In this document: one piece after another, positions 28,624 to 39,377 of the stretch
Position numbering within the stretch: the stretch's first letter is position 1
Layout of the letters: each line of letters begins with the position of its first letter
Assembly (NCBI GenBank): GCA_052035195.1
Contig: JBPOHU010000001.1
Coordinates: 104,031-168,030 of the forward strand
DNA length: 64,000 bases
Source of the DNA: Candidatus Nomurabacteria bacterium
Lineage (GTDB): Bacteria; Patescibacteriota; Minisyncoccia; Phycocordibacterales; UBA9973
Reading direction: 5' to 3'
Program-made: the position numbers and the translations under genes
The notes under the pieces: model-generated
Databases searched by the model: none
Told to the model about the DNA's origin: nothing
The model's input: the letters and a program-made list of their open reading frames with translations, nothing else

Positions 28624-29796
28624 ATGGCAACTTCTACAAAGATGATTCCTATTGCTGTTTTTGATATTAGTTCAAGCTCTATTGCTGGAGCTCATGTTTT
28701 AATCCCAAAACATCAGGAAAAAGATTCAAAGGTTTCTATACTTGCTAGTACCAGAATAATATCTGAACCAAAAGAAGAATTAGATATAGAAAGATTTGTA
28801 AATAATGCTCTAACTGGACTAGAAAATACAATATCAATCATCAAAAAAGCAGACAATCATCGCCCAGAAAAAATACAGGTCTTACTGGCTTCTCCTTGGT
28901 TTGTATCTCAAACAAGAAGTATTTCATATAACAAAACTACTGATTTTGTTTGTAATCAAAAACTTATTGATTCTCTAATAGATAAAGAGATTGATTACAT
29001 TATCAAAAATGACATGGAGAGATTTGGCTCAATGGGAGGAGAAGGTCTAATTATAGAAAAACAAATTTCTCAAATTAAACTAAACGGGTACCCAACAGCA
29101 AGTCCTTTTGGTAAAAAAGCTCAAAGTTTAGAACTCTTTTTGGTAGTTACCGTTTCTCCTAAAACTATAGTTGATAAATTTAAAGAGGTTTTTCAAAGAA
29201 ACTACTCTACTACTCCAATAATTTTTACAACTAGTCCATATGCGACCTATATAGTCACTAGAGATAATTTTAATGCACCAAAAGAACTGCTCTTGGTTGA
29301 TATAGGAGAAGAGGTTACTGATATAGCCTGTATTAAAAATGATTTATTCTTATATCAACACTCTTTTCCTGTTGGAACACATCATTTATATAGAACTATT
29401 GTAGGAAACGGTGCTACAACCCTAACAGAAGCCCATGCAGTGGTTCAGTCTTTTAGGCTTGGTAAGCTTAGCGCGATTATGACAAGTAATGTTCAAAAAT
29501 CAATGGATTCTTTTGGGGCGACATGGATGCGATCGTTTCAAGAGTTAATAGAAAAAGGTCAAAATACAATAAAACTTCCAGAGAACTCTTATATAACTTC
29601 TGACTATAGATTTGGAGACTTTTTTGCAGACCTTTTAAAACAAGACGTATTCTTCCAGCACACCACAGGATCAGCTAGTCCTTCTGCAACACATATAACA
29701 TATGAAATGCTTTCTCCTCACAGTTCATCGATAGATTCTGATCGTATTGATGAAACTATCATAATAGGCTCTTTATTTGCTTCTAGATTAATTTAA
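28624..29796 (+). CDS. divergent FtsA-like/actin-fold protein
   Basis: FDISSSSI, IKLNGYP, LLVDIGEEVTDI and SFPVG. Confidence 0.6.
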   Translation: MATSTKMIPIAVFDISSSSIAGAHVLIPKHQEKDSKVSILASTRIISEPKEELDIERFVNNALTGLENTISIIKKADNHRPEKIQVLLASPWFVSQTRSISYNKTTDFVCNQKLIDSLIDKEIDYIIKNDMERFGSMGGEGLIIEKQISQIKLNGYPTASPFGKKAQSLELFLVVTVSPKTIVDKFKEVFQRNYSTTPIIFTTSPYATYIVTRDNFNAPKELLLVDIGEEVTDIACIKNDLFLYQHSFPVGTHHLYRTIVGNGATTLTEAHAVVQSFRLGKLSAIMTSNVQKSMDSFGATWMRSFQELIEKGQNTIKLPENSYITSDYRFGDFFADLLKQDVFFQHTTGSASPSATHITYEMLSPHSSSIDSDRIDETIIIGSLFASRLI

Positions 29797-29799
29797 AAA

Positions 29800-31038
29800 A
29801 TGAAACTTTACGATGTTATAAAAAAAGAACACTCCAAAGCAGAAGAGCCTGTGGAAGAGCGCGTTTTTATTCCAACAGAAACTCCTGTTAAAAAAAGACG
29901 TTATATTTTTATAATGATAATCACTATATTTTGTTTAGTGATTATTTATATAGCTGGTATTTATATATCTAGAGCAAAAGTGATTATTGATGAAAGGGAA
30001 ATACCTTTTTCACTAGAAAAATCAACAATAGACCTGCCTCATGAGACAAAAACAGACAAAGAAAGACTTTCTTTTCAAACAATGACAGTTTCAACTGAAA
30101 TTCGCAGAGAAATATTCGGCTCAGAATTAAAAGAAGTTACAGGTAAAGCAAAAGGGAGTGTTGTATTTTTTAATGAATACAGTAAAACATCTATAACAAT
30201 AAAATCTGGGACAAAGCTTATAGGTAGCAATGGAAAAACATATCAAACCCAACAAACATTAACAATACCTGGCTATACATTAGATACTAAAAAGAAAAAA
30301 GTTCCAGGAACGTCTCCCTCAATATCAATAATAGCGATAGAAGTAGGCCCAAATTCAAACAGTGAAGGATTGTCTTTTACTATTTCAGGATACAGTGGAT
30401 CAAAAAAATCACAAATATATGCTCGTAGTGCTAGTCCTTTAACAGGAGGAGAGTCCGGAATGAGGCATACCGTTTCAGAAGCAGAAAGACCAGCTCTTTT
30501 AGAGTCCCTAAAAACACAATTAACAGAAAGACTAAAGAGGGAAACACGAGCGCAAATCCCTCCAGAGCTTATAACTTATCCAGATTTACAGTTTGTCTCA
30601 ATTGACACTGATAGCCTTCGTTTAGAAGGTGAAGGTGTTAAGTTTACCGCACAAATAAAAGGAACAATGGTTTCTTATTTGATGTCTAGGTCTCTTTTTG
30701 AATCTGCCATAGCTAAAGACGTATTAAGTGATCATTCATATACAGCGGTTACTATTCCGTCTGTAGCTTCTCTAAATGTAAACCCAAAAAGCTCTATCCC
30801 TGCAAATCCTACGACGCCACCAGACTTAATTTCTATAGAAGTTTCTGGTAACGGCTCTATAATAACCAAAGCACCTATCCAAAGAATAAAAGAATCCCTA
30901 ATAGGAACAAAAAGAGGGTCTTTTGACTCAATAATAAGCACATTTCCTGAAGTTTCTTCAGCCTCTTTTAAGATTAGACCATTTTGGGCTCCATTTTTCC
31001 CTAAAAAAGATAGCTATATAAAAGTTAATATCAAATAA
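29800..31038 (+). CDS. membrane-anchored protein with baseplate-J-like beta domain
   Basis: TM, KAKGSVVFFN..GT, GPNSN, LTGG and PFWAP. Confidence 0.55.
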   Translation: MKLYDVIKKEHSKAEEPVEERVFIPTETPVKKRRYIFIMIITIFCLVIIYIAGIYISRAKVIIDEREIPFSLEKSTIDLPHETKTDKERLSFQTMTVSTEIRREIFGSELKEVTGKAKGSVVFFNEYSKTSITIKSGTKLIGSNGKTYQTQQTLTIPGYTLDTKKKKVPGTSPSISIIAIEVGPNSNSEGLSFTISGYSGSKKSQIYARSASPLTGGESGMRHTVSEAERPALLESLKTQLTERLKRETRAQIPPELITYPDLQFVSIDTDSLRLEGEGVKFTAQIKGTMVSYLMSRSLFESAIAKDVLSDHSYTAVTIPSVASLNVNPKSSIPANPTTPPDLISIEVSGNGSIITKAPIQRIKESLIGTKRGSFDSIISTFPEVSSASFKIRPFWAPFFPKKDSYIKVNIK

Positions 31039-31085
31039 GATGTTGACCTTTATTTAAGGGTATAGTATTATACCCCTTGTAACTC

Positions 31086-31295
31086 ATGACAGACCAGCAA
31101 CAAGTATTACGTGGAATTATCCAAGAAGCGCTTCCAAATACAATGTTCCGAGTGGAACTTGAAACAGGAGTAGTTCAAGTTGCATATTTAGCTGGAAAAA
31201 TGAGATTAAACCGAATCAAGGTTCTTGTCGGAGATACTGTCGAAGTACTACAAGATTCTTATGGTGGAAAAGGGCGTATTGTCAGAAGAATATAA
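31086..31295 (+). CDS. infA: translation initiation factor IF-1
   Basis: EALPNTMFRVEL, AGKMR, GRIVRR. Confidence 0.95.
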   Translation: MTDQQQVLRGIIQEALPNTMFRVELETGVVQVAYLAGKMRLNRIKVLVGDTVEVLQDSYGGKGRIVRRI

Positions 31296-31345
31296 ATAGT
31301 ATATAATAGCCCCGCCGTAAACGAGAGCGCAAATTCCTATTTTTT

Positions 31346-31456
31346 ATGAAGATTAAATCAACAGTTAAAAAAATGTGTGCGAAATGTAAGATTGTAAAAC
31401 GCAATCGGCATTTACTCGTGATTTGCGATAATCCAAAACACAAACAAAAACAATAA
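31346..31456 (+). CDS. rpmJ: 50S ribosomal protein bL36 (not in the ORF track)
   Basis: Manual translation [36 protein letters not shown]. Confidence 0.95.
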   Translation: MKIKSTVKKMCAKCKIVKRNRHLLVICDNPKHKQKQ

Positions 31457-31457
31457 T

Positions 31458-31838
31458 ATGCGTATCCTAGGTATAACTATCCCAAATGAAAAGCGTCTTG
31501 ATATTGGTCTTACTAGCCTTTTTGGGGTTGGTACTGCTACTGCTCTAAAAGTTTTGAAAGAAGTAAAAGTAGCCCCTTCTACAAAATCAAAAGATCTTTC
31601 TATCGAACAAGAAAATGCTATTCGAAAACTTATTGAAGAAATGACAATTGAAGGAAACCTCAAACGAGAAGTTGCTTCAAATGTAAAACGATTAAAAGAC
31701 ATCAAATGCTACCGTGGTGTTCGCCACATGAGAAGACTACCTGTAAAAGGTCAGCGAACAAAAACAAACTCTCGAACAGTTCGAGGAAATGTTAGAAACA
31801 CAATGGCATCAGGACGTCGTAAAGAAAGTAAAACATAA
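31458..31838 (+). CDS. rpsM: 30S ribosomal protein uS13
   Basis: YRGVRH..LPVKGQRTKTNSRT. Confidence 0.97.
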   Translation: MRILGITIPNEKRLDIGLTSLFGVGTATALKVLKEVKVAPSTKSKDLSIEQENAIRKLIEEMTIEGNLKREVASNVKRLKDIKCYRGVRHMRRLPVKGQRTKTNSRTVRGNVRNTMASGRRKESKT

Positions 31839-31841
31839 CAT

Positions 31842-32276
31842 ATGGGAAAAAAACGAATCGCAACTCAAGAAGGTCAATTGGTGGACGCAGACAAGCGCTC
31901 TAGAGCTACAGCGCGTACCCCAAAGAAAAAGCTTACTACGTGTATGCTTTCTATCGAATCAACTTTTAATAATACAAAAGCTGTAGTAAGTGATGTTAAA
32001 GGTAATGTACTATTTTGGTCATCATCTGGATCACTTGGATTTAAAGGGGCAAAAAAGGGAACTCCTTTCGCTGCTTCAAAAGTAGGGGAAATACTAGCTG
32101 AAAAAGCAGTAACTGCTGGTATCAAAGAGGTACACGCAGTAGTAACAGGTGTTGGTTCAGGTCGCGAACCACTTATTCGAGCATTCGTTGCTCCTGGAAT
32201 TGAGCTTTTATCAATCAAGGATCGAACTCCTGTGCCACACAATGGTCCAAAGCCTAAGAAACCACGAAGAGTATAA
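31842..32276 (+). CDS. rpsK: 30S ribosomal protein uS11
   Basis: STFNNT, KKGTPFAA, TPVPHNG. Confidence 0.97.
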   Translation: MGKKRIATQEGQLVDADKRSRATARTPKKKLTTCMLSIESTFNNTKAVVSDVKGNVLFWSSSGSLGFKGAKKGTPFAASKVGEILAEKAVTAGIKEVHAVVTGVGSGREPLIRAFVAPGIELLSIKDRTPVPHNGPKPKKPRRV

Positions 32277-32280
32277 AAAT

Positions 32281-32892
32281 ATGAAAACAGTTGCTAAATA
32301 TAAAATGTGTCGAAGATTAGGAGCAGGAGTGTTTGAAAAGTGTCAAACACAGAAATTTGCTGCAGTTGAACAAAAAACTGTTCGAGGTGGAGCAAATGCA
32401 AAAAGACCAAAAGCTCCTTCTGGTTTCGGTCTTCAACTTCTTGAAAAACAAAAAGTGCGTTTTTCTTATGGTATTAGTGAAAAACAACTTCAAAACTATG
32501 TAGAGAAAGCTAGTCATGCAAAAGGTGGATCTGTAACAGATAAACTAAATGAAATGCTAGAAACTCGTCTTGATAATGTTATTTATCGATTAGGTTTTGC
32601 TCCTACACGAAGACAAGCTAGACAAATGGCTTCTCATGGACACTTCACAGTAAATGGCAAGAAATCAACTATTCCTTCACAGGAACTCCATATAGGAGAT
32701 ATTGTAGCTGTTCGAGAAGGTAGTCGCGGGTCTGCTCTTTTTACTGACTATGCAAAGAACATGAAAGATAGAACATATCCAACATGGCTTAAACTTTCTC
32801 CTGAACAAATGCAAGCTGAGGTAGTTGCAAAACCGAAAAACGAAGAGCAATTCCTCAAATTTGAGACTGTGCTTGAGTTCTATAGTCGTTAA
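32281..32892 (+). CDS. rpsD: 30S ribosomal protein uS4
   Basis: QLLEKQK, LETRLDNVIYRLGFA, ARQMASHGH; start reassigned to ATG 32281. Confidence 0.96.
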   Translation: MKTVAKYKMCRRLGAGVFEKCQTQKFAAVEQKTVRGGANAKRPKAPSGFGLQLLEKQKVRFSYGISEKQLQNYVEKASHAKGGSVTDKLNEMLETRLDNVIYRLGFAPTRRQARQMASHGHFTVNGKKSTIPSQELHIGDIVAVREGSRGSALFTDYAKNMKDRTYPTWLKLSPEQMQAEVVAKPKNEEQFLKFETVLEFYSR

Positions 32893-32942
32893 TAACAACA
32901 CAAAGTTGCAAAAATTACAAAATAATTGTATTATTTAAAACC

Positions 32943-33938
32943 ATGAGCCAGCAAACAATCATACTTCCATCAAAACCAAAAGCAGTACTTGAAGAGGGAT
33001 TCAAAGGTGTGTACGAGATAGACGGTCTTGTCCCAGGATACGGATACACCCTTGGAAACTCACTTCGCCGAATTATCCTTTCATCACTTCGAGGTGCTGC
33101 TGTTACAGCAGTTAAAATCGATGGTGTAAGCCACGAATTTTCTACTATAGAAGGTGTTAAAGAAGATGTAATAACTATATTACTTAACCTAAAAAATATC
33201 AGATTTAACCTAACAGGAGAAGAAGCTCAAAAAGTTACTCTATCTGTTAAGGGGCCAAAGATTGTTACAGCAAAAGACATTTCTGCAAACGGAGCTGTTG
33301 AGGTAATAAATACTGACCAATATATTTGTGAAATTACAGGAAAAGCTAACCTTGAAGTAGAACTAACTATCGAAAAAGGTCTTGGTTTTGTACCACGAGA
33401 TCAACAAAATAAAGGTAAGGCTGACATAGGAACTATTTTCCTTGATGCTATCTTTTCTCCAATTCGTCGTGTTTCTTATGATGTTGAAGAAATGCGTGTT
33501 GGAGACAAAACAAACTTCAACCGACTAAGAATGACTATCGAAACTGATGGTACTATCTCTCCAAGAGAAGCTCTTGAACAGTCTGTTCACACAATGATAG
33601 AGCAACTTGCTGCTATTATTTCTGTAGAAAGCCAGAAGATTATTGATGAAATTCAATCAAGTGTTTCTTCACCTAAAACAATGGTTGAAACAGGCTCAGA
33701 GGAATCTTCTGAAGATGGCGAGGATGTAGACGTAACCGATGTTTTGAAAAATCGTATCGATACTATCGGACTTTCAACTCGAACATTGAACGCTCTCTCT
33801 GCTGCAAACATTCGAACAGTAGGAGGTATTGCTAGAAAGAAAATCGAAGACCTTCTTGAGATAGATGGTATTGGAGATAAGGGTATAACAGAAATCAAAG
33901 AAGCCCTATCTACATTTAACTTGTCACTTAAGGATTAA
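32943..33938 (+). CDS. rpoA: RNA polymerase alpha subunit
   Basis: GYGYTLGNSLRRIILSS, HEFSTIEGVKED, alpha-CTD LSTRTLNAL. Confidence 0.98.
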   Translation: MSQQTIILPSKPKAVLEEGFKGVYEIDGLVPGYGYTLGNSLRRIILSSLRGAAVTAVKIDGVSHEFSTIEGVKEDVITILLNLKNIRFNLTGEEAQKVTLSVKGPKIVTAKDISANGAVEVINTDQYICEITGKANLEVELTIEKGLGFVPRDQQNKGKADIGTIFLDAIFSPIRRVSYDVEEMRVGDKTNFNRLRMTIETDGTISPREALEQSVHTMIEQLAAIISVESQKIIDEIQSSVSSPKTMVETGSEESSEDGEDVDVTDVLKNRIDTIGLSTRTLNALSAANIRTVGGIARKKIEDLLEIDGIGDKGITEIKEALSTFNLSLKD

Positions 33939-33961
33939 TCTGCTAATCTACTTGAACTATT

Positions 33962-34318
33962 ATGAGACACCACAACGCAAACAGAACATTTGGAAGAAGT
34001 AAGAATGGACGTTCAGCCCTCCTCAAGGGTCTTGCCGCTTCTTTGATTGAGCACGGTAGTATTTTGACTACTGAAGCTAAAGCAAAAGAACTTCGACCAA
34101 AGGTAGAGAAAATGGTGACAAAAGCAAAGAATCCAACTCTTTCAAACCGAAGACTTCTTCTTTCTTCTCTTTACAACAATGACTCTGTAGTGGACAAGCT
34201 TATATCTGATGTTGCTCCAAAGTTCTCAGATCGAGCAGGTGGATACACTCGTATCACCAAGATAGTACAAAGAAAGGGCGATGCAAGTAAAATGGCAGTA
34301 ATTGAGTTTGTGAGTTAA
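33962..34318 (+). CDS. rplQ: 50S ribosomal protein bL17
   Basis: MRH, TTEAKAKEL, RAGGYTRI. Confidence 0.97.
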   Translation: MRHHNANRTFGRSKNGRSALLKGLAASLIEHGSILTTEAKAKELRPKVEKMVTKAKNPTLSNRRLLLSSLYNNDSVVDKLISDVAPKFSDRAGGYTRITKIVQRKGDASKMAVIEFVS

Positions 34319-34323
34319 TTATT

Positions 34324-34671
34324 ATGGAATACACAGTAGATGCAACAAATAAATCTCTAGGTCGCGTAGCTACAGAAGTAGCGTCTCTTTTGATGGGTAA
34401 AAATACTACTTCTTTTGTACGAAATGCAACTCCAAAAGTAACAGTAAGACTAACAAACGCTTCAAAGATAACTATCCCAAACCAGAAAAAACTTTTAGAA
34501 AAGACATACAACTCATTTTCTGGATATCCAGGAGGTTTGAAACAAAGTACTATGGCTCATGTTATCAGTACTAAAGGCTACGCTGAGATTCTAACTCAAG
34601 CTGTAAAAGGAATGCTTCCAAAAAACAGACTTCAAAATGATCTTATGAAGCACTTGATAGTTACTGAATAA
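34324..34671 (+). CDS. rplM: 50S ribosomal protein uL13 (short)
   Basis: VDAT..LGRVA, SGYPGGLK, AVKGMLPKNRL. Confidence 0.95.
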   Translation: MEYTVDATNKSLGRVATEVASLLMGKNTTSFVRNATPKVTVRLTNASKITIPNQKKLLEKTYNSFSGYPGGLKQSTMAHVISTKGYAEILTQAVKGMLPKNRLQNDLMKHLIVTE

Positions 34672-34689
34672 TTTTTATACAGAAATAAT

Positions 34690-35094
34690 ATGGAAAAAAC
34701 AAAGAAAACATACATAGAGACTATCGGCCGACGCAAAACATCAACTGCGCGTGTTCGAATGACTCCTTCTACAAAACAAAGTTTTGAAATCAATGGTAAA
34801 GATCTTGCTACATACTTTGCAACAGAAGAACTTCAAAAGATTGTTACTGATGCTTTTACAGCATTAGAATCAAAAGGTCACTTCACTGTAACTGTTAAAG
34901 TAACAGGTGGTGGTATTCACTCTCAATCTGAAGCAGTTCGTCACGGTATCTCTCGAGGACTAGTTAAGGAAGATGAGTCTCAAAAGACTACTCTTAAAAA
35001 AGCTGGATTCCTAAAGCGTGATCCTAGAATGAAAGAGCGACGTAAGTTCGGTCTCAAGAAAGCCCGAAAAGCTCCACAGTGGTCAAAACGTTAA
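34690..35094 (+). CDS. rpsI: 30S ribosomal protein uS9
   Basis: GRRKTSTARV, ERRKFGLKKARKAPQWSKR. Confidence 0.97.
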   Translation: MEKTKKTYIETIGRRKTSTARVRMTPSTKQSFEINGKDLATYFATEELQKIVTDAFTALESKGHFTVTVKVTGGGIHSQSEAVRHGISRGLVKEDESQKTTLKKAGFLKRDPRMKERRKFGLKKARKAPQWSKR

Positions 35095-35102
35095 AACACT
35101 CA

Positions 35103-35128
35103 AAACATCCTCGAAAGAGGGTGTTTTT
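35103..35128 (+). terminator. terminator of the ribosomal protein operon
   Basis: AAACATCCTC-gaaa-GAGGGTGTTTTT. Confidence 0.8.
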
Positions 35129-35166
35129 GCATAGAAAACTATCTCGTGCTATAAAAAAGAAAAAAT

Positions 35167-35442
35167 ATGTTACAAACAGAAACACATCCGCTCAATGAGT
35201 GGGTAGAAGCTCTCAAAAAAGAAAACATAGACTTTGAGAGGTTTGAGGACCATTTGTACGCAAAAATTGATAAAAGAGATGCTGAAGGACATCATTCAAT
35301 GCAAATGAACATATACTACAATGAACAGAACGGGGTATATGCAAACTTTAGTGCGCTAGGTGAAAGTATCTCTAAGCTCGATCCTGAAGAAGCTATTTCA
35401 AAATTTAAAACTTATTACCTTACTTTCTTTAACAAAGAATAA
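35167..35442 (+). CDS. hypothetical protein
   Basis: 91-aa ORF with its own extended -10 and terminator. Confidence 0.65.
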   Translation: MLQTETHPLNEWVEALKKENIDFERFEDHLYAKIDKRDAEGHHSMQMNIYYNEQNGVYANFSALGESISKLDPEEAISKFKTYYLTFFNKE

Positions 35443-35592
35443 GTTTACTGAAGCCCCTCTTACGAGAAGGCTTTTTTTATTATCAAAAATCAGTATAATA
35501 ACGGCGTACCTGTCCCGTTAGAATCTATATAAAACGGGCAAGGAATTATTACTAAGGTCGTAAACAAATAATTAAAGCTACTATAAAAAACT

Positions 35593-36177
35593 ATGAACAA
35601 TTCTAATGGGATGAACGAAGAAGATATCACTATTGAAAATGAAGGAGAGGATGTTGTCTTTGAGGAATCTACCGAAGAAGGAGAGGCTCTTTCTGCTGGT
35701 AATAAAGTAAAGAAACTCCAAGAGCAAATAAAGACTCTTCAAAAAGAAAAGCAGGAATACCTCGATGGTTGGCAACGTTCTCGCGCTGATTATGCAAACC
35801 TACAGAAGTCTACTGACGAAGATAGAAAAAGAATGCGTACGCTCATAGAAGAGAGCTTCATCGAAGAACTTCTGCCAACAGTAGATAGCTTTCTCATGGC
35901 TATGAGCAATAAAGAAACTTGGGAGAAAGTCGATCCTGCATGGCGCACCGGCGTAGAGTATATTTATGGCCAACTCATGAATACTCTCGAATCTCACAAT
36001 TTAAAAATCTTTGGTGAAATAGGAGAGACTTTTGATCCGGCTCGTCATGAAGCAGTAGGAGAAGAAGCGACAGAAGATACTAAACTCGACCATACTATTG
36101 CAAAAGTAAACCAAAAAGGTTTTATGCTTAGTGAATCAATACTCCGACCTGCGAGAGTGACTATTTTCAAGTCATAA
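35593..36177 (+). CDS. grpE: nucleotide exchange factor GrpE
   Basis: QRSRADYAN, FDPARHEAV, KGF..ILRPARV. Confidence 0.95.
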   Translation: MNNSNGMNEEDITIENEGEDVVFEESTEEGEALSAGNKVKKLQEQIKTLQKEKQEYLDGWQRSRADYANLQKSTDEDRKRMRTLIEESFIEELLPTVDSFLMAMSNKETWEKVDPAWRTGVEYIYGQLMNTLESHNLKIFGEIGETFDPARHEAVGEEATEDTKLDHTIAKVNQKGFMLSESILRPARVTIFKS

Positions 36178-36197
36178 ATACATAGTATAATTTTGAT

Positions 36198-36572
36198 ATG
36201 AAAAATATAATTATTATTATTCTTGTTGTACTACTAGGAACGTCTCTTTATACAAATTTTAACTCTAAAAAGAATACTGATCCAAAAATATCTATGGTTG
36301 CAGTAGCAAACTACGATCAGGGACATATCGTTGGTGGTAATTCTCAATATTTTGATCTAACGTTTACTTCTGATACCGATATAGGGGCCGCATCAATAGT
36401 ATTCACTCAAAGTTCTTCAGCGGTAGTACCAAACCCAGTCTCACAGATTTCTGAAGTGCAAAAAGATATAGTTATTAAAAAAGGAAATACAAAAATAAAC
36501 AAAGTACTTTTAGCACAAATAACAAAAATAACCGTGAATGGAAAAAGTGTTCCTTTCACTCAGACCTACTAA
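36198..36572 (+). CDS. secreted or membrane-anchored hypothetical protein
   Basis: N-terminal signal or anchor and a beta-rich body. Confidence 0.65.
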   Translation: MKNIIIIILVVLLGTSLYTNFNSKKNTDPKISMVAVANYDQGHIVGGNSQYFDLTFTSDTDIGAASIVFTQSSSAVVPNPVSQISEVQKDIVIKKGNTKINKVLLAQITKITVNGKSVPFTQTY

Positions 36573-36611
36573 AAATAATAAATAAAAAAACATTCAATAC
36601 AGAATGTTTTT

Positions 36612-37151
36612 TTATTTCACCAACTCAAAAAATACTTGTTCAGTTTCTGGATCTATTTTGTCAGTTACGAAAACCATTAGTTCAGTAATGAGTCCAAAGT
36701 CTTTTTTGATATTAGTGAATAGGTGTTCATAAGGGAAAGGGGAGATCCAAACACTATTTTTAAGACACAAGAATCCTGCTTTTTTTAGAAGGTAGCGAAA
36801 GCTCTCCCTCTCGTCTTTGCGAGATTCTGGTAGGTCGAGCAATACGATACGCCATTTACCGTCCCATGCAGGACTAAGGGCACTTGTGTCTCCAAGGACT
36901 AGACTATGAACCTTCTTTTTACCTTCTTTGGTAAGGCGCGCGTACTGATTCTGTCCAGAGAAGGTTTGCTCTATGAGCCCGGTATCCCGAAGCCCTTTTA
37001 AAGAGCGAGAAATCGCGCTAGCGCCCCGCAAAGCCTTGGCGTCGTAGGGAAAGTCACCTGAGACGTTTTTGATGAGTTCAGGCACTGAAATAGCCGGTTT
37101 TTCAGCCAATAATTTCAATATTTTCTTTGAAAATCCGCCATTTGTTGACAT
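36612..37151 (-). CDS. PaaX-like transcriptional regulator (wHTH plus ferredoxin-like domain)
   Basis: ARLTKEG, WDGKWRIVLLDLPE, R..LKKAGF..LKNSVWISPFP. Confidence 0.8.
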   Translation of the reverse strand: MSTNGGFSKKILKLLAEKPAISVPELIKNVSGDFPYDAKALRGASAISRSLKGLRDTGLIEQTFSGQNQYARLTKEGKKKVHSLVLGDTSALSPAWDGKWRIVLLDLPESRKDERESFRYLLKKAGFLCLKNSVWISPFPYEHLFTNIKKDFGLITELMVFVTDKIDPETEQVFFELVK

Positions 37152-37271
37152 AAGAATATCGTATCAGGTATGATATGAACATACAAGTATTTCGTGACCG
37201 CTAAAAGACTGTTAAATACTTGATTTTGGATTATTTGAAACAACTTATTAGCTCTTAAATTAAATAAAAAT

Positions 37272-39146
37272 ATGGGAAAAATTATTGGAATTGACCTTGG
37301 AACTACAAACAGCGCTGTTGCCATCATCGAAGGTGGACAGCCAAAAATTATAGAAAATATCGAAGGTGCACGTACTACTCCATCTATTGTGGCAGTAGGC
37401 AAAAACGGTGACCGCCTTGTTGGACTTCTTGCAAAGCGACAAGCAGTAACTAATCCTCAAAATACTATCTATGGCGTGAAGCGCTTCATGGGACACAAGT
37501 ACGATGATCATGGTATGGAAAAGGTGATCAAGACTTCTCCTTTTACTGTTTCAAAAGACAGTAACGGTGGTGCTCTCATCAAACTCGCTGACAAAGACCA
37601 ACGCCCAGAAGAAATCTCAGCAATGATTTTGCAAAAGATTAAAGCAGATGTTGAAGCAAAGCTTGGCGAAAAAGTAACTGAAGCTATCATCACTGTACCA
37701 GCGTATTTCAACGATGCACAAAGAAAGGCTACCAAAGACGCCGGTGCTATCGCAGGTCTTGATGTGAAGCGTATCATCAATGAACCAACTGCTGCAGCTC
37801 TTGCATATGGATTCAATACAAAGAAAAATGAAAAGATAGTTGTTTATGACTTTGGAGGTGGAACATTTGATGTGTCTGTTCTTGAAGTAACAGAAGATGT
37901 TATTGAAGTTAAGAGCACTGACGGAGATTCTCTCATGGGGGGCCGTGATATTGACCTCAAGATCATCAACTGGATTGCTGAAGAATTTAAAAAGCAAAGT
38001 GGAGTAGATGTATCAAAGGATCCACTAGCTCTTCAGAGACTCGATGAAGCGGCTGAAAAGGCCAAGATTGAGCTCTCTACAACACCAGAGACTGAAATCA
38101 ATATTCCATTTATTACTTCGACTGATGCAGGACCACAACACTTGCTCCTCAAACTCTCTCGCGCAAAGCTTGAAGAGTTAGCTGATGAATTCATCGCTCA
38201 ATCTATTGCTATCACAAAACGTGCTATCGAAGCTTCTCCATTTAAAAAAGAAGAAATCAATGAAATCATAATGGTTGGAGGCCAAACTCGTATGCCAAAG
38301 ATTATTGAAGAAGTACAGAAGTACTTTGGCAAAGAACCAAACCGTTCTATCAACCCAGATGAAGTTGTAGCTCTCGGAGCTGCGGTACAAGGTGGAGTAC
38401 TCCAAGGAGATGTGCGTGACGTGCTTCTTCTTGATGTGATTCCTCTTTCTCTAGGAATAGAGACTATGGGAGGAGTAGCTACAAAGCTCGTAGAACGCAA
38501 TACAACTATCCCTTCATCAAAGAGTCAGATATTCTCAACGGCTTCTGATAATCAAACTTCTGTTGATATTCATATCGTTCAAGGAGAGCGACCAATGGCA
38601 AGTGACAATAAATCTCTTGGAAGATTTGTTCTAGAAGGTATCGCTCCAGCTCCACGAGGTATTCCTCAAATCGAAGTATCTTTTGATGTTGATGCTAACG
38701 GTATTCTCGCAGTGAAAGCCAAAGACAAATCAACAGGCAAAGAACAATCTATACGTATCGAAGCTTCTTCAGGACTCTCAGCAGATGATATTGAAAAGAT
38801 GAAAAAGGATGCAGAGCTCCACGCTGAAGAAGATGCCAAGAAGAAAGAGTTAGTAGATACTAAAAATACTGCTGATCTTACAATCTTCACAGCAGAGAAA
38901 GCATTGATGGATCATAAAGACCAAATCACAGAAGATATCAAAAACTCTGTAGAAGACAAAATCAAAGCTCTTAAAACTGCAAAAGATGAAACTGATAAAT
39001 CAGCCATCGAAACTGCAATACATGAACTATCTACTGAAATGCAAAAGATAGGGGAGGCAGTTGCAAAACAAGGAGAAGAAAATAAAGAAAGCCCTCCTAA
39101 TGAACCAAAAGAAGCCGAAGCTACCGAAACTTCAGAAGAAAAATAA
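37272..39146 (+). CDS. dnaK: molecular chaperone DnaK
   Basis: [32 protein letters not shown]. Confidence 0.99.
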   Translation: MGKIIGIDLGTTNSAVAIIEGGQPKIIENIEGARTTPSIVAVGKNGDRLVGLLAKRQAVTNPQNTIYGVKRFMGHKYDDHGMEKVIKTSPFTVSKDSNGGALIKLADKDQRPEEISAMILQKIKADVEAKLGEKVTEAIITVPAYFNDAQRKATKDAGAIAGLDVKRIINEPTAAALAYGFNTKKNEKIVVYDFGGGTFDVSVLEVTEDVIEVKSTDGDSLMGGRDIDLKIINWIAEEFKKQSGVDVSKDPLALQRLDEAAEKAKIELSTTPETEINIPFITSTDAGPQHLLLKLSRAKLEELADEFIAQSIAITKRAIEASPFKKEEINEIIMVGGQTRMPKIIEEVQKYFGKEPNRSINPDEVVALGAAVQGGVLQGDVRDVLLLDVIPLSLGIETMGGVATKLVERNTTIPSSKSQIFSTASDNQTSVDIHIVQGERPMASDNKSLGRFVLEGIAPAPRGIPQIEVSFDVDANGILAVKAKDKSTGKEQSIRIEASSGLSADDIEKMKKDAELHAEEDAKKKELVDTKNTADLTIFTAEKALMDHKDQITEDIKNSVEDKIKALKTAKDETDKSAIETAIHELSTEMQKIGEAVAKQGEENKESPPNEPKEAEATETSEEK

Positions 39147-39260
39147 AATACAAATAACAAGAAAAGCCCTCATTTCTGAGGGTTTTTCTTTATATTGACA
39201 AATATACTATAATATGGTATTATATAAAAGATAACGTACCTTTTAACAAAAAATTCTTTT

Positions 39261-39377
39261 ATGAAAACTTTAGTAATTCTTTTAGTTTTATCTGTATTTG
39301 TCGTTTCTTGCGCCCGGGACATTAGTCCCTACAAGGCCGCAAATCACAGCGGCAAAGCCTATAAGTGCCACAGATAA
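39261..39377 (+). CDS. 38-aa predicted lipoprotein (not in the ORF track)
   Basis: MKTLVILLVLSVFVVSCARDISPYKAANHSGKAYKCHR: signal peptide with VVS-C lipobox-like site; TTGACA-17-TATTAT promoter upstream. Confidence 0.6.
   Translation: MKTLVILLVLSVFVVSCARDISPYKAANHSGKAYKCHR

Noticed and set aside
29800-31038. Prophage or contractile system inferred from a baseplate-J-like domain
   Set aside because: It is a single membrane-anchored gene among core genes, with no other virion, sheath or integrase genes.
36612-37151. Cas2-like C-terminal domain suggesting CRISPR-Cas
   Set aside because: It is fused to a wHTH in PaaX-like arrangement; no cas1, other cas genes or repeat-spacer array were seen in the window.
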